From assembly GCA_963830115.1 (NCBI GenBank), contig CAWHLB010000015.1:129178-193177 (forward strand): a stretch of 64,000 bases of DNA. Reading direction: 5' to 3'. Below, piece after piece: positions 20,957 through 30,644 of the stretch (positions are counted from its first letter, which is position 1; every line of letters begins with the position of its first letter). The notes beneath the pieces are model-generated. The model was not told where the DNA came from. It saw only the letters and a program-made list of their open reading frames with translations, and ran no database searches. The DNA is from an uncultured delta proteobacterium. Its GTDB lineage: Bacteria > Myxococcota_A > Polyangia > Polyangiales > CAWHLB01. Position numbers and translations under genes: made by a program.

Positions 20957-21570
20957 ATGTTCGACGTGATCAAGCGGATCGGTTTTCGCCTCAGGATCCT
21001 GAAGATCCTGCTCCGGGAGGCGATCGGCACCCGTCGCTTGAGGCGAGAGCCGGAAGTCTCGCTGGTGATGTCCGAAGAGGAAGAGGTCCTTGCGTTCGCC
21101 GACGCGGGCACACAGCAGAGCTCCTCCGCGCCTTCTACATCCTGAATGCGGGCCTCACGAGCCAGGTGATCCAGGGCTGCGACCGCGTGCTCGACCTCGG
21201 CTGCGGGCCGGGAAACCAGCTCGCTTTGGTGGCAGAGCTCAACCCGTCTTCGGAGTTCACAGGCGTCGATCTGTCGCCAAAAATGTTGGAGGTAGCGAGG
21301 AAGAACATCCGCGCGAAGAATCTGCAAAATGTGAATGTCAAGCTCGGAGACATTACTCGCCTGGAGTTTCCAGACCAAGGCTTCGACGCGATCATTTCAA
21401 CCCTGACCCTGCACCATCTTCCCGACAAGGATCTTCTGAGGGCGACGTTCAGGGAAATCAAGAGGCTCTTGAAGCCCGGAGGCAAGGTGTTCCTCATGGA
21501 CCACGGTCGCCTCAAGTTCGTCGACTCCATCCTCGCGATTTCTTACAAAGACTATTATTGGATGCCCAAA
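20957..21570 (+). pseudogene. Class I SAM-dependent methyltransferase, frameshift near 21115 and apparently 3'-truncated
   Basis: RREPEVSLVM N-terminus (ORF 20924 frame), then VLDLGCGPG, GVDLSPKML, LHHLP, LLKPGG (ORF 20884 frame); runs abruptly into kinase sequence near 21568; visibly more AT-rich than flanks. Confidence 0.7.
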
Positions 21571-22415
21571 GCGCGATCGAGAACGACATCCGCCTTCTCA
21601 GGAGGGCGAAGCCGCTTCTCCGGTCGGTCCTCGGCGTTCGGAATCTGAGCGAGCTCCTCGAGGAGTTGCGGGTGTTTCTCCTCGGAGAGTGTGATTTGGA
21701 GGCGGAGGCGGCCGTGCAGCAGAGGTACGGGCGCATGTTCGCCGGCGACCCGGATGTGCTCGTTCCCAAGGTGTACCCGGAGCTCACGAAGAGCGAAGTC
21801 TTGACCACCGAGTACGTCGAAGGCCTCCGATACTACGAGTTTGCCGCGACGGCGCCCGAGGCCGTGAAGAACAAGGCAGGCGCGGTGATATGGCGCGTCG
21901 CGACCGAGGCGATCTTCAAACATCGCATCTACAACGCCGATCCCCATCCGGGGAACTACATCTTCGTGGGCGACAAGGTCTGTTTCATCGACTTCGGTTT
22001 CGCCAAGGAATTCTCGCCGGCGTTCATCGATGCGTGGCGCGATCACACCATCGCCCTCATGGATGGAAACCTCGAGGATTCCGTGGGCGCCACGAAGAGG
22101 ATGGGCTTGCAGATCGAGGATCCCGAGCTCTGGAAGCAGCTGTTCGAGGCGATGCGTGGGGTCGACGCAGCGTGGGTCGATGACGAGGTCTACGAGTTCA
22201 CCAGGGCCGCGGTGCTGACCCAGATGCAGAGCTCGAGGAAGCTCTTTCGGCTCCTCCGCGGCGCGCGCCTGCCGAAGGAGTACGTGGCCATCACGCGCGT
22301 TCTGTGGGGTCACCACGCTCTGTTGGGGGACCTGAAGTCGAGAGCGCACTGGAAGCGTATCTTGGAGCGGGTCGTACGAAAGGCCCCCGAGGAGAGCCTC
22401 GCACAAAGCCTCTAA
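21568..22415 (+). pseudogene. AarF/ABC1/UbiB kinase, 5'-truncated
   Basis: SAIENDI, ECDLEAEA, VPKVYPEL, VLTTEYVEG, NADPHPGNY, IDFG present; N-lobe motifs (AAASIGQVH, VAVKVQYP) absent. Confidence 0.75.
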
Positions 22416-22574
22416 CGTTAGAGCAGCCGGTTGAGGAGCTGCTCACGCCGCCTCGCGGCCGGGTCCACCGTGTCTGGCGCTGTCCCTCCTCCTCCACGGC
22501 CGCCCCGACCACAATCCAGCGTTGAGCTCGCCGCGCTCGCTTGCGCGGACGCTTTCCGTGCGCGAGCCTGCGGC

Positions 22575-23086
22575 ATGCGCTTCGCTCCGGTCGTCGCAGT
22601 CGTCTTCGTCGCGTTGTGGGCCACGAGCGCGCGTGCGGATCCGCGGATCGGGTCGAAGATGCCGCACGCCGTGCTCACCGACCACGCCGGCGCGCACGTG
22701 GTGCCCACGCCGCGCGCGGGCTCCGTGCTCGTCGTCGACTTCTTCGCGACGTGGTGCGGCCCTTGCCATCAGGCGCTCGAGGCCCTCGACGCAATCGCGC
22801 GCAACGAACCCGCGCACGTGCGGCTGCTCGTGGTCGCGGTCCGCGAGAACCCAGGGGTCGTCGACCGGTTTTTCGCGAGCCATCCGCTGCGCCCCCACGC
22901 CAGGGTGCTGTTCAATCGAACCGGAGCGGCTGCGCTCGCCTGGGGGATGCACCGATTTCCAACGACGTTCGTCGTCGACGGGGGGGGGGGACAATCCGCC
23001 ATATCAACCGCGGCTATGGGCCCGGGTATCCGGCGCGTGTGCGCCGCTGGATCGAATCGCTCATCGCAGAGCGGACCGCTAGGTGA
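22575..23086 (+). CDS. TlpA-family thiol:disulfide oxidoreductase (frameshift in G run 22980-22990)
   Basis: Signal peptide, VVDFFATWCGPC, FPTTFVVD; continues GTIRHINRGY in the neighbouring frame after the G homopolymer. Confidence 0.85.
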
Positions 23087-23207
23087 TGGCGTCGAGGCTG
23101 CCCCGTTGACGGGCTTCTGTACTTCGGCGATGAGATGCCGCAAGACAAGTACGTGCGGTCCTCAGGACATCATTAGGTGAGCGTCGGAGCGCTCCTCGGA
23201 ACGAGGC

Positions 23208-24020
23208 GTGTGGCCAAGGAGTCGACGGGGTAGTTTGTTGCGGCGCGTGGTGCTCTTGCTCGTGATTTCGCTCTGCCTGGTGGCCGGCTCCGGTTGCACC
23301 ACAATCGTCGTGCTCTTCCCCGAGCTCGACGGAGGTCAGGCGCTCGATGGGAACGGGGAGAGCCATCGAGACGGAGGTTCCCTGGATGCCATGAGCAGCG
23401 TCGACGCCCAGCCCGACGCCGTCTGCGGGACAGGGTCGTGCAGCGCGAGCCCCTGTCGGCTCGTGAGCCCCCAGTGCGGCTGCCCGTGCGGTCAGGCGTG
23501 TTACGCCTCCCTTGCCGGACCCACCTGTGCAACGGCGGGCACGGCGGGTGTGAACGAGGCGTGCAACACCGATGGCGACTGCCGTGCGGGGCTCGCGTGC
23601 GTCGGGGTCAATGGCGCCAGTGCCTGCACGCCCTATTGCGACTCCGACGCCCAGTGCACCTCGCAGGTCTGCTGGATGGGCAGCGGGGCCAACGTTTGTC
23701 CTCACGCCTGTGACCTGGCGGCCCAGACCGGTTGCCCGACGGGAGAGGACTGCATCGATCTGAAGGGAACGAGCGTCGACACGGGCGCTCAGGTCCGGAG
23801 CTCGGTCTGCGGCATCAAGCCGGCTTCCGGTGCGGTCGGCACCGATTGCACCGGGGAGTCGATAACGAACTGGATCTGCGGGCCCGGCCTCTTCTGCGTC
23901 AGCAACGCATGCCAACGGTACTGCCGCATCGACGCACCCGCCTGTCCCGCCGGGAAGACGTGCCGGTCCGTCAGCCCTCCGGTCACGGTCGGCACGGTCG
24001 TGTACGGAGCGTGCCTCTGA
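23208..24020 (+). CDS. Cys-rich lipoprotein
   Basis: Hydrophobic signal with AGSGC lipobox; repeated modules CRLVSPQCGC, CDLAAQTGCPTGEDC, CGPGLFC..CQRYC. Confidence 0.75.
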   Translation: MWPRSRRGSLLRRVVLLLVISLCLVAGSGCTTIVVLFPELDGGQALDGNGESHRDGGSLDAMSSVDAQPDAVCGTGSCSASPCRLVSPQCGCPCGQACYASLAGPTCATAGTAGVNEACNTDGDCRAGLACVGVNGASACTPYCDSDAQCTSQVCWMGSGANVCPHACDLAAQTGCPTGEDCIDLKGTSVDTGAQVRSSVCGIKPASGAVGTDCTGESITNWICGPGLFCVSNACQRYCRIDAPACPAGKTCRSVSPPVTVGTVVYGACL

Positions 24021-24216
24021 TCAGAACGGCATGCTGCTTCCGGAAGTCTTGGAGTCTTGGGGACGGTTCGGGGTCGCGACAGAACGGTCGTCCAGGAGCC
24101 GACCCTGACGGACCGTCGCGCGTGCAATTCCGTGCGAGCGCACCGCGGGCCGGGTACCCTCCGGGGTCGGGCTCATAATCCGTCATGCCTCGTGCGCGCT
24201 CCTCGCTACCCTCGTC

Positions 24217-25239
24217 GTGACGGCGGCCTCAGCTGGGGCGCTCGCTGCACCACCCGGTGCGTCGGCCCCCACGCCCCTCGTCGTCTTGACGCGGAACGAC
24301 ACGCCGCCGAGGTTCGACACGAGCCGCATTACCGAGGCGCTCGGCCTCTACGCCGAAGGTTCCCGCCTCGTCCTTCACGCGCTCGACGCGCCCGGCCCCG
24401 AGACGCGGAGCGAGCTCGAAGCCTTGGTCCGAAGCCGCATGGAGGGCCTCCATGCGAAGCGTGCCGTCTGGTGGGAGTGGAGTCCGGCGGGGGACCGCTT
24501 CACGGTGCACCTGATGGCTTCCGGCTCAGCCGTCGGCGACGACCTCGCGTTCAGCGTGGACTACCCTTCGGCGCCCACGGCCGACTTCTACCGTCAGGTC
24601 GCCCTGAAGCTGCGCACCCTGCTCCACGTGCTCGGCGAGGAGAGCGCGATGAGCACCGCGCCGGCACCGGTGGCTCCTCGAGCGCCGCGGCCTTCGCCCT
24701 CACCGAAGGCGGCAAGGCACTCGACGGCGCGCCCCGTGCGACTCACCGCCGGCATCTTCGCCGCGGGCCTGCTCCCGACCGACACCTGGCAGCCCGCGGC
24801 TCTGTTCGGTCTATCGGCGGGGCTCGAGTGGCAGCGAATCGGCATCGAGCTCAGCGCGGACCGCAGCCTGGGCGCGCCCAGGAGCACCACCGAGGGCCGC
24901 GGCACGGTGACCCTGTCGAGCGTGGTCGTGAGCGGCACCTTGAGCCTCACCTGGAGCGCCGTCCGTATCGGTCCCGTGCTCGGAGCCGGCATCGTCTGGG
25001 CGCAGGCAACCGGCCAGCTCACCGGTCAGGCCGAGCAACGAAGCGGGGACGGCGTGCTGCCCATGGGACGGCTCGGCGTCCGGCTCGCCCTGAGTCCGGT
25101 GAAAGGCTTCGAGGTCGCGCTGGTTCCAGAGGTCGACCTGTTCTTTCATCGAACCCGCATTTTCCTGCACGATACGATGTTGTTCGATTCGGGTTGGGTG
25201 CTCCCGAGGCTGGATCTCGAGCTCGGGCTCCGGCTCTGA
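24217..25239 (+). CDS. Exported protein with probable C-terminal beta-barrel (start uncertain)
   Basis: N-terminal domain, Pro-rich linker, alternating beta strands ending LDLELGLRL; directly upstream of an ECF sigma gene. Confidence 0.65.
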   Translation: MTAASAGALAAPPGASAPTPLVVLTRNDTPPRFDTSRITEALGLYAEGSRLVLHALDAPGPETRSELEALVRSRMEGLHAKRAVWWEWSPAGDRFTVHLMASGSAVGDDLAFSVDYPSAPTADFYRQVALKLRTLLHVLGEESAMSTAPAPVAPRAPRPSPSPKAARHSTARPVRLTAGIFAAGLLPTDTWQPAALFGLSAGLEWQRIGIELSADRSLGAPRSTTEGRGTVTLSSVVVSGTLSLTWSAVRIGPVLGAGIVWAQATGQLTGQAEQRSGDGVLPMGRLGVRLALSPVKGFEVALVPEVDLFFHRTRIFLHDTMLFDSGWVLPRLDLELGLRL

Positions 25240-25311
25240 ACACGCGAAGCGGCTCTGAGCACCCGGGAGGGCGCGAGGTCCCCTTAGCCGATTCCGAAGG
25301 CCGGGCGACTC

Positions 25312-25929
25312 ATGGTCGAGAGACGTGAAACGACTGCCGATCTCCCACTTCCGGACCTGATCGAGCGTGCGGCGGCGGGGGACCGGTCTGCCCAGCAGCG
25401 CGTGCTGGAGTCTCAATATGACTTCGTCCGACGAATGCTCTATCGCCTCGCGGGCCCCTCGGCCGACATCGACGATCTGCACCAGACGGTGCTGCTTCGG
25501 ATCCTCACCAGCCTCGGCAGCTACCGGGCCGACGCCGCGCTGTCGACGTGGGTGGCGAGCATCTGCGTGCATGTGTGCAAGGACCACTGGCGCCGGCGAA
25601 AGGTGCGCTCGGTCATGCTGACGGGCAAAGGGGCACACGCGGCGATCGACGCGACCGAGGGTGGACACGACCCCGAGGGCGGCGCAATCCGCAGAGAGCA
25701 GCTCGCGCTGGCTCGGGCGGCGCTCGAGCAGATGCCCCCGAGCCAGAGGACGGCCTACGTGCTCCGTATCGTGTATGGCTACTCCGTGGACGAGATCGCG
25801 AAGATCACGAATGCGGCGCGTTCGACGACGCGAATGCGCCTCTATTACGGCCGCAAGACGTTCGCCAAGGCCCTCGCGGAGCTCGGCGAAAGGGCGGACG
25901 CGATCGCGTTGCAGGAGGAAGAGACGTGA
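25312..25929 (+). CDS. ECF RNA polymerase sigma factor
   Basis: AAAGDRSA, DIDDLHQTVLLRI, LSTWVASI, RTAYVLRIVYGYSVDEIA, STTRMRLYYGRK. Confidence 0.9.
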   Translation: MVERRETTADLPLPDLIERAAAGDRSAQQRVLESQYDFVRRMLYRLAGPSADIDDLHQTVLLRILTSLGSYRADAALSTWVASICVHVCKDHWRRRKVRSVMLTGKGAHAAIDATEGGHDPEGGAIRREQLALARAALEQMPPSQRTAYVLRIVYGYSVDEIAKITNAARSTTRMRLYYGRKTFAKALAELGERADAIALQEEET

Positions 25930-27287
25930 CGCGGGCCTGCAATCGCATTCGCCCGTTGCTCGGCGAGCTCGCGGCCGGCGTCCTCGAGGACCCGTGGCGC
26001 ATGCGCGCGGAGGAGCATCTGCAGGCGTGTGCGGACTGCCGGCACCAGCACGGACTGGCGGCGGCCGCGGTCAGCGCCTTGCGAGGAGAGCCACCCGCGC
26101 TCGAGGCCGACATCCGTCGGGCCCACATCCGGGCCGCCCTGGACGCAGGCGACGATGCACGCGGGCGGACGGGTGCGCCTCGGCGGTGGCTTTGGGCCGG
26201 AGGGCTCGCAGCGGGCGTCGCAGCGGCCGCCGCGTTGGTCCTGGTGCTCTGGCCCCGCACCGGGGGGCCCGGGATGCGTGGAGGCGAGGGCCCCGTGCTC
26301 GTCGCCGGCCAGATGGTGTCGGGCCCGCGGCATTACCAGCCCGGTGATTCGCTGGCGCTCGGCGGCTCACTTCAGGTCGCCGGCTCCACGCCCGCGCAGC
26401 TCCGCTTGGCGGACGGCTCGCGGGTGGCCGCGGCGCCGACGAGCAGCTTGCGTCTGCAAACGGGCACGAGCGGGTGGACGCTCGCGCTGACGCGAGGGCG
26501 CGTGCGCCTGCACGTAACGCACCAGCCTCCGGGCCAATCGGTGCACGTGCAGACGCCGGAGGCCACGGTCCGTGTGATCGGCACGCGCTTCGAAGTCGAG
26601 CGGTGCACGAGCCGCGCGACCGCCGTCTCGGTGCGGGAAGGTGTCGTCGGCGTCCACGCCGACCGCACGGGGGTCGAATCAGAAGCTCCGCGCCGGAGGC
26701 TCACTGCTCATCCAGCGCGATGGCACCGTGGTGCCTGGTCGGCGCTGCCCGGAAGAGGCTGCCACGGCTGCCACGAGCTTGGGGACACCCCGCTCTGCGG
26801 CCCCGGCAGACGCCGGAACGCCAGCCGACGCCGGATCTGCCACCACGGTCGGGAATGGGGCGGCCGCCCACGGATTCGAATCCGGCTGGCACCCGCGTCG
26901 CGGGCACCGAGCGTCGCCCAGATCCGGCGTCGCGTCCGCGCCGGTCAAATCGCAGAGGCGCGCGAGCTCATCCGACGCGCGCGCCGCGACGCGCCCAGGC
27001 GGCGCCCCTACCTCGCGGAGATCGCCATCGTCGAGGCCGAGGCAGACCTCGCCGAGTCGCACTATCGGCGCGCCATCGACGCGTACCTCGGCGTGCGGCA
27101 GAGCTTCCCTGACACGCCCCAGGCCGAGTCCGCGCTCTTCGCCGCAGCCCAACTCTCCATGGACCACGAAGGCCACGCGCGGGGGGCGCAGCTGCTCCGG
27201 AGCTACTTGACGGCCTACCCCCAGGGTCGGTTCCGGTCCGACGCACAACGTCTGCTCGAGATGCTCTCGAGGCGCACGCCTCCCTGA
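25926..27287 (+). CDS. Anti-sigma factor: zinc-finger + TM + FecR domain + TPR (internal compensating frameshifts 26678-26882)
   Basis: HLQACADC (HxxxCxxC), TM, FecR motifs LRLADGSRV, LTRGRV, VQTPEATVRVIGTRFEV, VSVREGVV; TPR end FPDTPQAESALF, YLTAYPQGRF; GTG overlaps sigma stop. Confidence 0.85.
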   Translation: MTRACNRIRPLLGELAAGVLEDPWRMRAEEHLQACADCRHQHGLAAAAVSALRGEPPALEADIRRAHIRAALDAGDDARGRTGAPRRWLWAGGLAAGVAAAAALVLVLWPRTGGPGMRGGEGPVLVAGQMVSGPRHYQPGDSLALGGSLQVAGSTPAQLRLADGSRVAAAPTSSLRLQTGTSGWTLALTRGRVRLHVTHQPPGQSVHVQTPEATVRVIGTRFEVERCTSRATAVSVREGVVGVHADRTGVESEAPRRRLTAHPARWHRGAWSALPGRGCHGCHELGDTPLCGPGRRRNASRRRICHHGREWGGRPRIRIRLAPASRAPSVAQIRRRVRAGQIAEARELIRRARRDAPRRRPYLAEIAIVEAEADLAESHYRRAIDAYLGVRQSFPDTPQAESALFAAAQLSMDHEGHARGAQLLRSYLTAYPQGRFRSDAQRLLEMLSRRTPP

Positions 27288-27554
27288 CCGAGCTCGACTC
27301 CTAGCTTGCACCCCAGTGTCGGTTCGCTCGACGACGTGACAGGCACGGGCGCGGACGGAAACAGATTCGTCCCCATGCGAGCACAGAACGTTTCGCGGCA
27401 GGCTTCAACGGCTCGCTCGCCCAGGACATTCGGACAGGCGATCTTGTGAACTGCGACATCGCGCTCAATGAGTTCGAGGTCGTTCGGGTGAGCGCCATTC
27501 CAAGGTGGTCCGACGAAGGGAAGCGCTACGGCATCCTGCGCGGGCCGTCGGCCT

Positions 27555-27851
27555 CTAGGGGAACCATGCGAGCCACTCACGCAGGACGCCCAGGCGCTCG
27601 GGCACGAAGCGGTAGACGCGCTCGCGGCCGCGGCGCTCGTGCGCCAAGAGGCCCGCGGCTTCGAGCGCTTGCAGGTGGCGCGTCGTGGTGGGCCACGCGT
27701 GGCGGAAGCGTTGCGCGATCGCGCCGGCCGTCGCCTCGCCGCCGCGCATGTGAATGGTCATGAGGATTTGCCTGCGCGCCGGATGGGCGAGGGCCTTGCA
27801 CACGGCGTCGAGCGCTTCGAGGCGCGCCTTCGTCTCGGCCGCGCGGCTCAC
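27555..27851 (-). CDS. ArsR/SmtB-family transcriptional regulator
   Basis: DAVCKALAHPARRQIL, TAGAIA, TTRHLQALEAAGL, RRGRERVY. Confidence 0.88.
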   Translation of the reverse strand: MSRAAETKARLEALDAVCKALAHPARRQILMTIHMRGGEATAGAIAQRFRHAWPTTTRHLQALEAAGLLAHERRGRERVYRFVPERLGVLREWLAWFP

Positions 27852-28168
27852 CCCGCGTCGAGGGGCTCGAGCTCTAGGATGCTCATGGTCTCGAGCACCG
27901 GACCCATGGGCTCCCACACCGCCATGACCTCGGGGGTCTGGTGTGCGAGGCCCGACGCCTCGCCGTCGCGCCACGCGAACATCTCGACGAAACACGTGGC
28001 GTCCGCGCGCTTGTCGTGGGCGCGCCACGTGCGGACGGGCTCGTCGGTGATGAGCCCGACGCCGCGCAGCGCCGGCGCGTGCTTCTTCACGAGGGCGAGC
28101 AACTCGTCGGCCTTGCCCTTCTTGGCGCGGTAGATGACGAGAGTCGGAACGGGTGCGGAGCTCGGCAT
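27848..28168 (-). CDS. Small dimeric alpha/beta-barrel (ABM-like) protein
   Basis: VIYRAKKGKADELLALV..FVEMFAW..AHQTPEVMAVW; RBS AAGGAGG; stop overlaps ArsR start. Confidence 0.7.
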   Translation of the reverse strand: MPSSAPVPTLVIYRAKKGKADELLALVKKHAPALRGVGLITDEPVRTWRAHDKRADATCFVEMFAWRDGEASGLAHQTPEVMAVWEPMGPVLETMSILELEPLDAG

Positions 28169-28198
28169 GGGAACGCCTCCTTGCGAACGAAGAGGGAT

Positions 28199-28224
28199 GT
28201 CGTTTAGCATGATCGCTAAATGAC
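28199..28224. promoter_or_regulatory. Palindromic operator, probably for the adjacent ArsR regulator
   Basis: GTCGTTTAGC-ATGATC-GCTAAATGAC, 9 of 10 arm positions complementary, AT-rich, 30 bp upstream of the ABM-arsR operon. Confidence 0.7.
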
Positions 28225-28295
28225 GCAAGCGCGAAACGCGGGAGGGGTCGTGGACACGATGTGCTCCAGCCTCGCGGGTGAAAGAGGGGTGTGAG

Positions 28296-28386
28296 ATGGG
28301 CTCGTCACGAAAGAAGAGCGACGCGGCGCTGCGGGAGCTTTTGGCCTTCGGGCTCGCCTATCCCGGGGCTGCGCGCTCTCCTTGGT
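28296..28386 (+). pseudogene. N-terminal remnant of an MmcQ/YjbR-family gene
   Basis: MGSSRKKSDAALRELLAFGLAYPGAARSPW resembles the start of YjbR-family proteins; similarity ends at SPW; RBS GAGGGG. Confidence 0.5.
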
Positions 28387-28552
28387 CGAGTGGACGACCT
28401 TCTTCGCGAGCTCCTTTGCGGCGTGACTGGCCCTTTCCACGCTCTCCTGCAGGCGGTGCCCCCATGCGGAGCGTGCCGCTGCTGTGGGACGCCCGCTCGC
28501 ACCACGGGGAAATCCTCGCGGCGCGTCCGGGCGTCCCCGTGCGGACGGCGGG

Positions 28553-30346
28553 CTACGGCCTCACGCTGAAGTCGACGCGGACAGAGCGCTTGCCCGTCGG
28601 CGGGAAGTGGATGTGCCGGAGCTTCTTGACGACGCACTCCGCGAACTGTGGCGGATCGCCATTGTTGGGTTCCGGTCGCGCGTCCAGCACCGCGCCGTTG
28701 CCGGCCACGTCGATCTCGAAGTCGCGGCCTTGGTTGACCGTGGGGATCGGGACCGTGCGCGGCCAGCAGTCGGCCCATCCACCCTCGGCCTCGACCGGAC
28801 CGCGGAAGTCGTCCGGGTGGGTGCCGCGCCCGAAGGAGCCGCCACCGTAGGTGACGCGTGGGCGCGGGTAGCGGCGCGGATGATCGCGGCGCCGGGGAGC
28901 GGTGCCGTGGGCGGGCTGCGGGGTGTCGTGGTCCGCGTGGTCCTCCGCCCTACCCGTGGGCCCGACGGGCGTGACGGGGTGGGGCTTCGGAGGGGGCGTG
29001 GTCGTTCCCGCCGCGGGGACCATCGGCGCTTCAGTCGGTGTGACGGGCGTCGGCGTGGGGGTCGACGAGCTGCTCTTCACGGTGGCGATCGCGTTCGACG
29101 GCTCGCCGCCCGCGTGGGCGACGGGCGCGCTGCTCGAGCCCTGGCTCGACATCATGTGCCCGCCCAAGAACGCGAGCGTGGCCATCGCGAGCGCACCGCC
29201 GGCGAGCGCGATGGGCCAAAGACGGAACCCGTTCTGCGCTCGGACGTCTCGCGCCGGCGGCGCCAGGGGCGCGGGCGAAGCGACCGGCTGGGCGATCGGG
29301 CCGGAAGGCGTAGCGGCGAGGGGCACCGCGGCAGTCGCGGCGCCCTGTGGCGTGCCTGCACCGCCCATCACCGGCGTGGGCGCGCCGGCGCCGTTCGGGA
29401 TCGGCGTCGCCATCGTCGGCGCAGTCGCCATCGCCGGGTCGCTCGCGGCGCGCACCATCGGGCCCTGTTCGCCCGGTTGCATCGCACGGAGCGCCTCGGC
29501 CATCTCGTGGGCGCTCTGCCATCGCTCGGCGGGATCCTTCGCCATCGCTCGCGCGATGATCCTGGAGAGCGCAGGGGAGATGTCCGGCCGGAAGGTCTCA
29601 ATCGGCTGCGGAGTCTCGCTCAGCACCGAGAACAGGAGCGCGTTGTAGTTCTTCCCGGTGAACGGGGGCCGGCCCGTGAGCGCTTCGTAGCAGACGGCCC
29701 CGAGCGCGTAGAGGTCGGCGCGCTGGTCCACATCGTCGCCCCGCGCTTGCTCCGGCGCCATGTAGAGCGGCGTTCCGATGAGCATGCCGGTCGCCGTCAG
29801 CTTGGCGGCGGCTTCGTCGTCGAGGAGCTTCGCGATGCCGAAGTCGAGGACCTTCACGCTCGCCCCGATGCCAGGGACGTTCGCGAGGAAGATGTTGTCC
29901 GGCTTGAGATCACGGTGGACGAGGTGCGCGGCGTGCGCGGCTTCGAGCGCGGAGAGCGTCTCCCTCGCGACGCAAACGACCTCGGCTTCAGAGAGCGTGC
30001 CTCGCTCGATGCGCGCCGAGAGCGGCTCTCCCGACAGGAGCTCCATCGCGATCCACGCCGAGGCGCCCTCCTCGTGACCGAAGTCGAGGATCTGGACGAT
30101 GTGCGGGTGGGCGAGGCGCCCGGCGCGCTCGGCTTCGGCTTTGAAGCGGAGGATCATCTCGCCGTTCTGCGCGAGCATGGGCTGGAGCACCTTGAGCGCG
30201 ACCGTACGTGCAAGGCTCTCCTGCGTCGCTGTGTAGACGACGCCCATTCCGCCCTGCCCCAGGAGGTCGCCGAGGCGATAGCGCCCGCCGATGATCTTCC
30301 CGGAGAGCTGTCCGATTGGAGAGCTCGCCTGTCCGTCATCCGACAT
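28553..30346 (-). CDS. Membrane Ser/Thr protein kinase (Pkn2 type)
   Basis: LGQGGMGVVY, VALKVL, HRDLKPDN, DFGIAK, GTPLYMAPE; TM; Pro/Thr linker; small C-terminal domain (ECVVKKLRHIHFPP). Confidence 0.95.
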   Translation of the reverse strand: MSDDGQASSPIGQLSGKIIGGRYRLGDLLGQGGMGVVYTATQESLARTVALKVLQPMLAQNGEMILRFKAEAERAGRLAHPHIVQILDFGHEEGASAWIAMELLSGEPLSARIERGTLSEAEVVCVARETLSALEAAHAAHLVHRDLKPDNIFLANVPGIGASVKVLDFGIAKLLDDEAAAKLTATGMLIGTPLYMAPEQARGDDVDQRADLYALGAVCYEALTGRPPFTGKNYNALLFSVLSETPQPIETFRPDISPALSRIIARAMAKDPAERWQSAHEMAEALRAMQPGEQGPMVRAASDPAMATAPTMATPIPNGAGAPTPVMGGAGTPQGAATAAVPLAATPSGPIAQPVASPAPLAPPARDVRAQNGFRLWPIALAGGALAMATLAFLGGHMMSSQGSSSAPVAHAGGEPSNAIATVKSSSSTPTPTPVTPTEAPMVPAAGTTTPPPKPHPVTPVGPTGRAEDHADHDTPQPAHGTAPRRRDHPRRYPRPRVTYGGGSFGRGTHPDDFRGPVEAEGGWADCWPRTVPIPTVNQGRDFEIDVAGNGAVLDARPEPNNGDPPQFAECVVKKLRHIHFPPTGKRSVRVDFSVRP

Positions 30347-30644
30347 GGAGTGCGATCCTGTCACGACGCGCGGCGACTTGCACGACCGGAGCGCGCCTCT
30401 CTCGAGCGGCCACGTGCTCGAGTCGGAACCGACAACGCCGTGTCGCGCCTGCGGCGGGACAGGTAGCCGGTCGTGTAACCGACGGTCCGGGGTGGGCATA
30501 CGAGGGCAGGTTGCTGGGACGCACGTGGGTCCCGCGACGAGGAAGTCCCTGGGCACGAGCGAGCGATCAGGGAGGGCCTGGGCTCATCCGCGACCGCGCC
30601 TCGCGCCAGTGGATAATTGCCCACCATCGAAAAGGAGAATCGAC

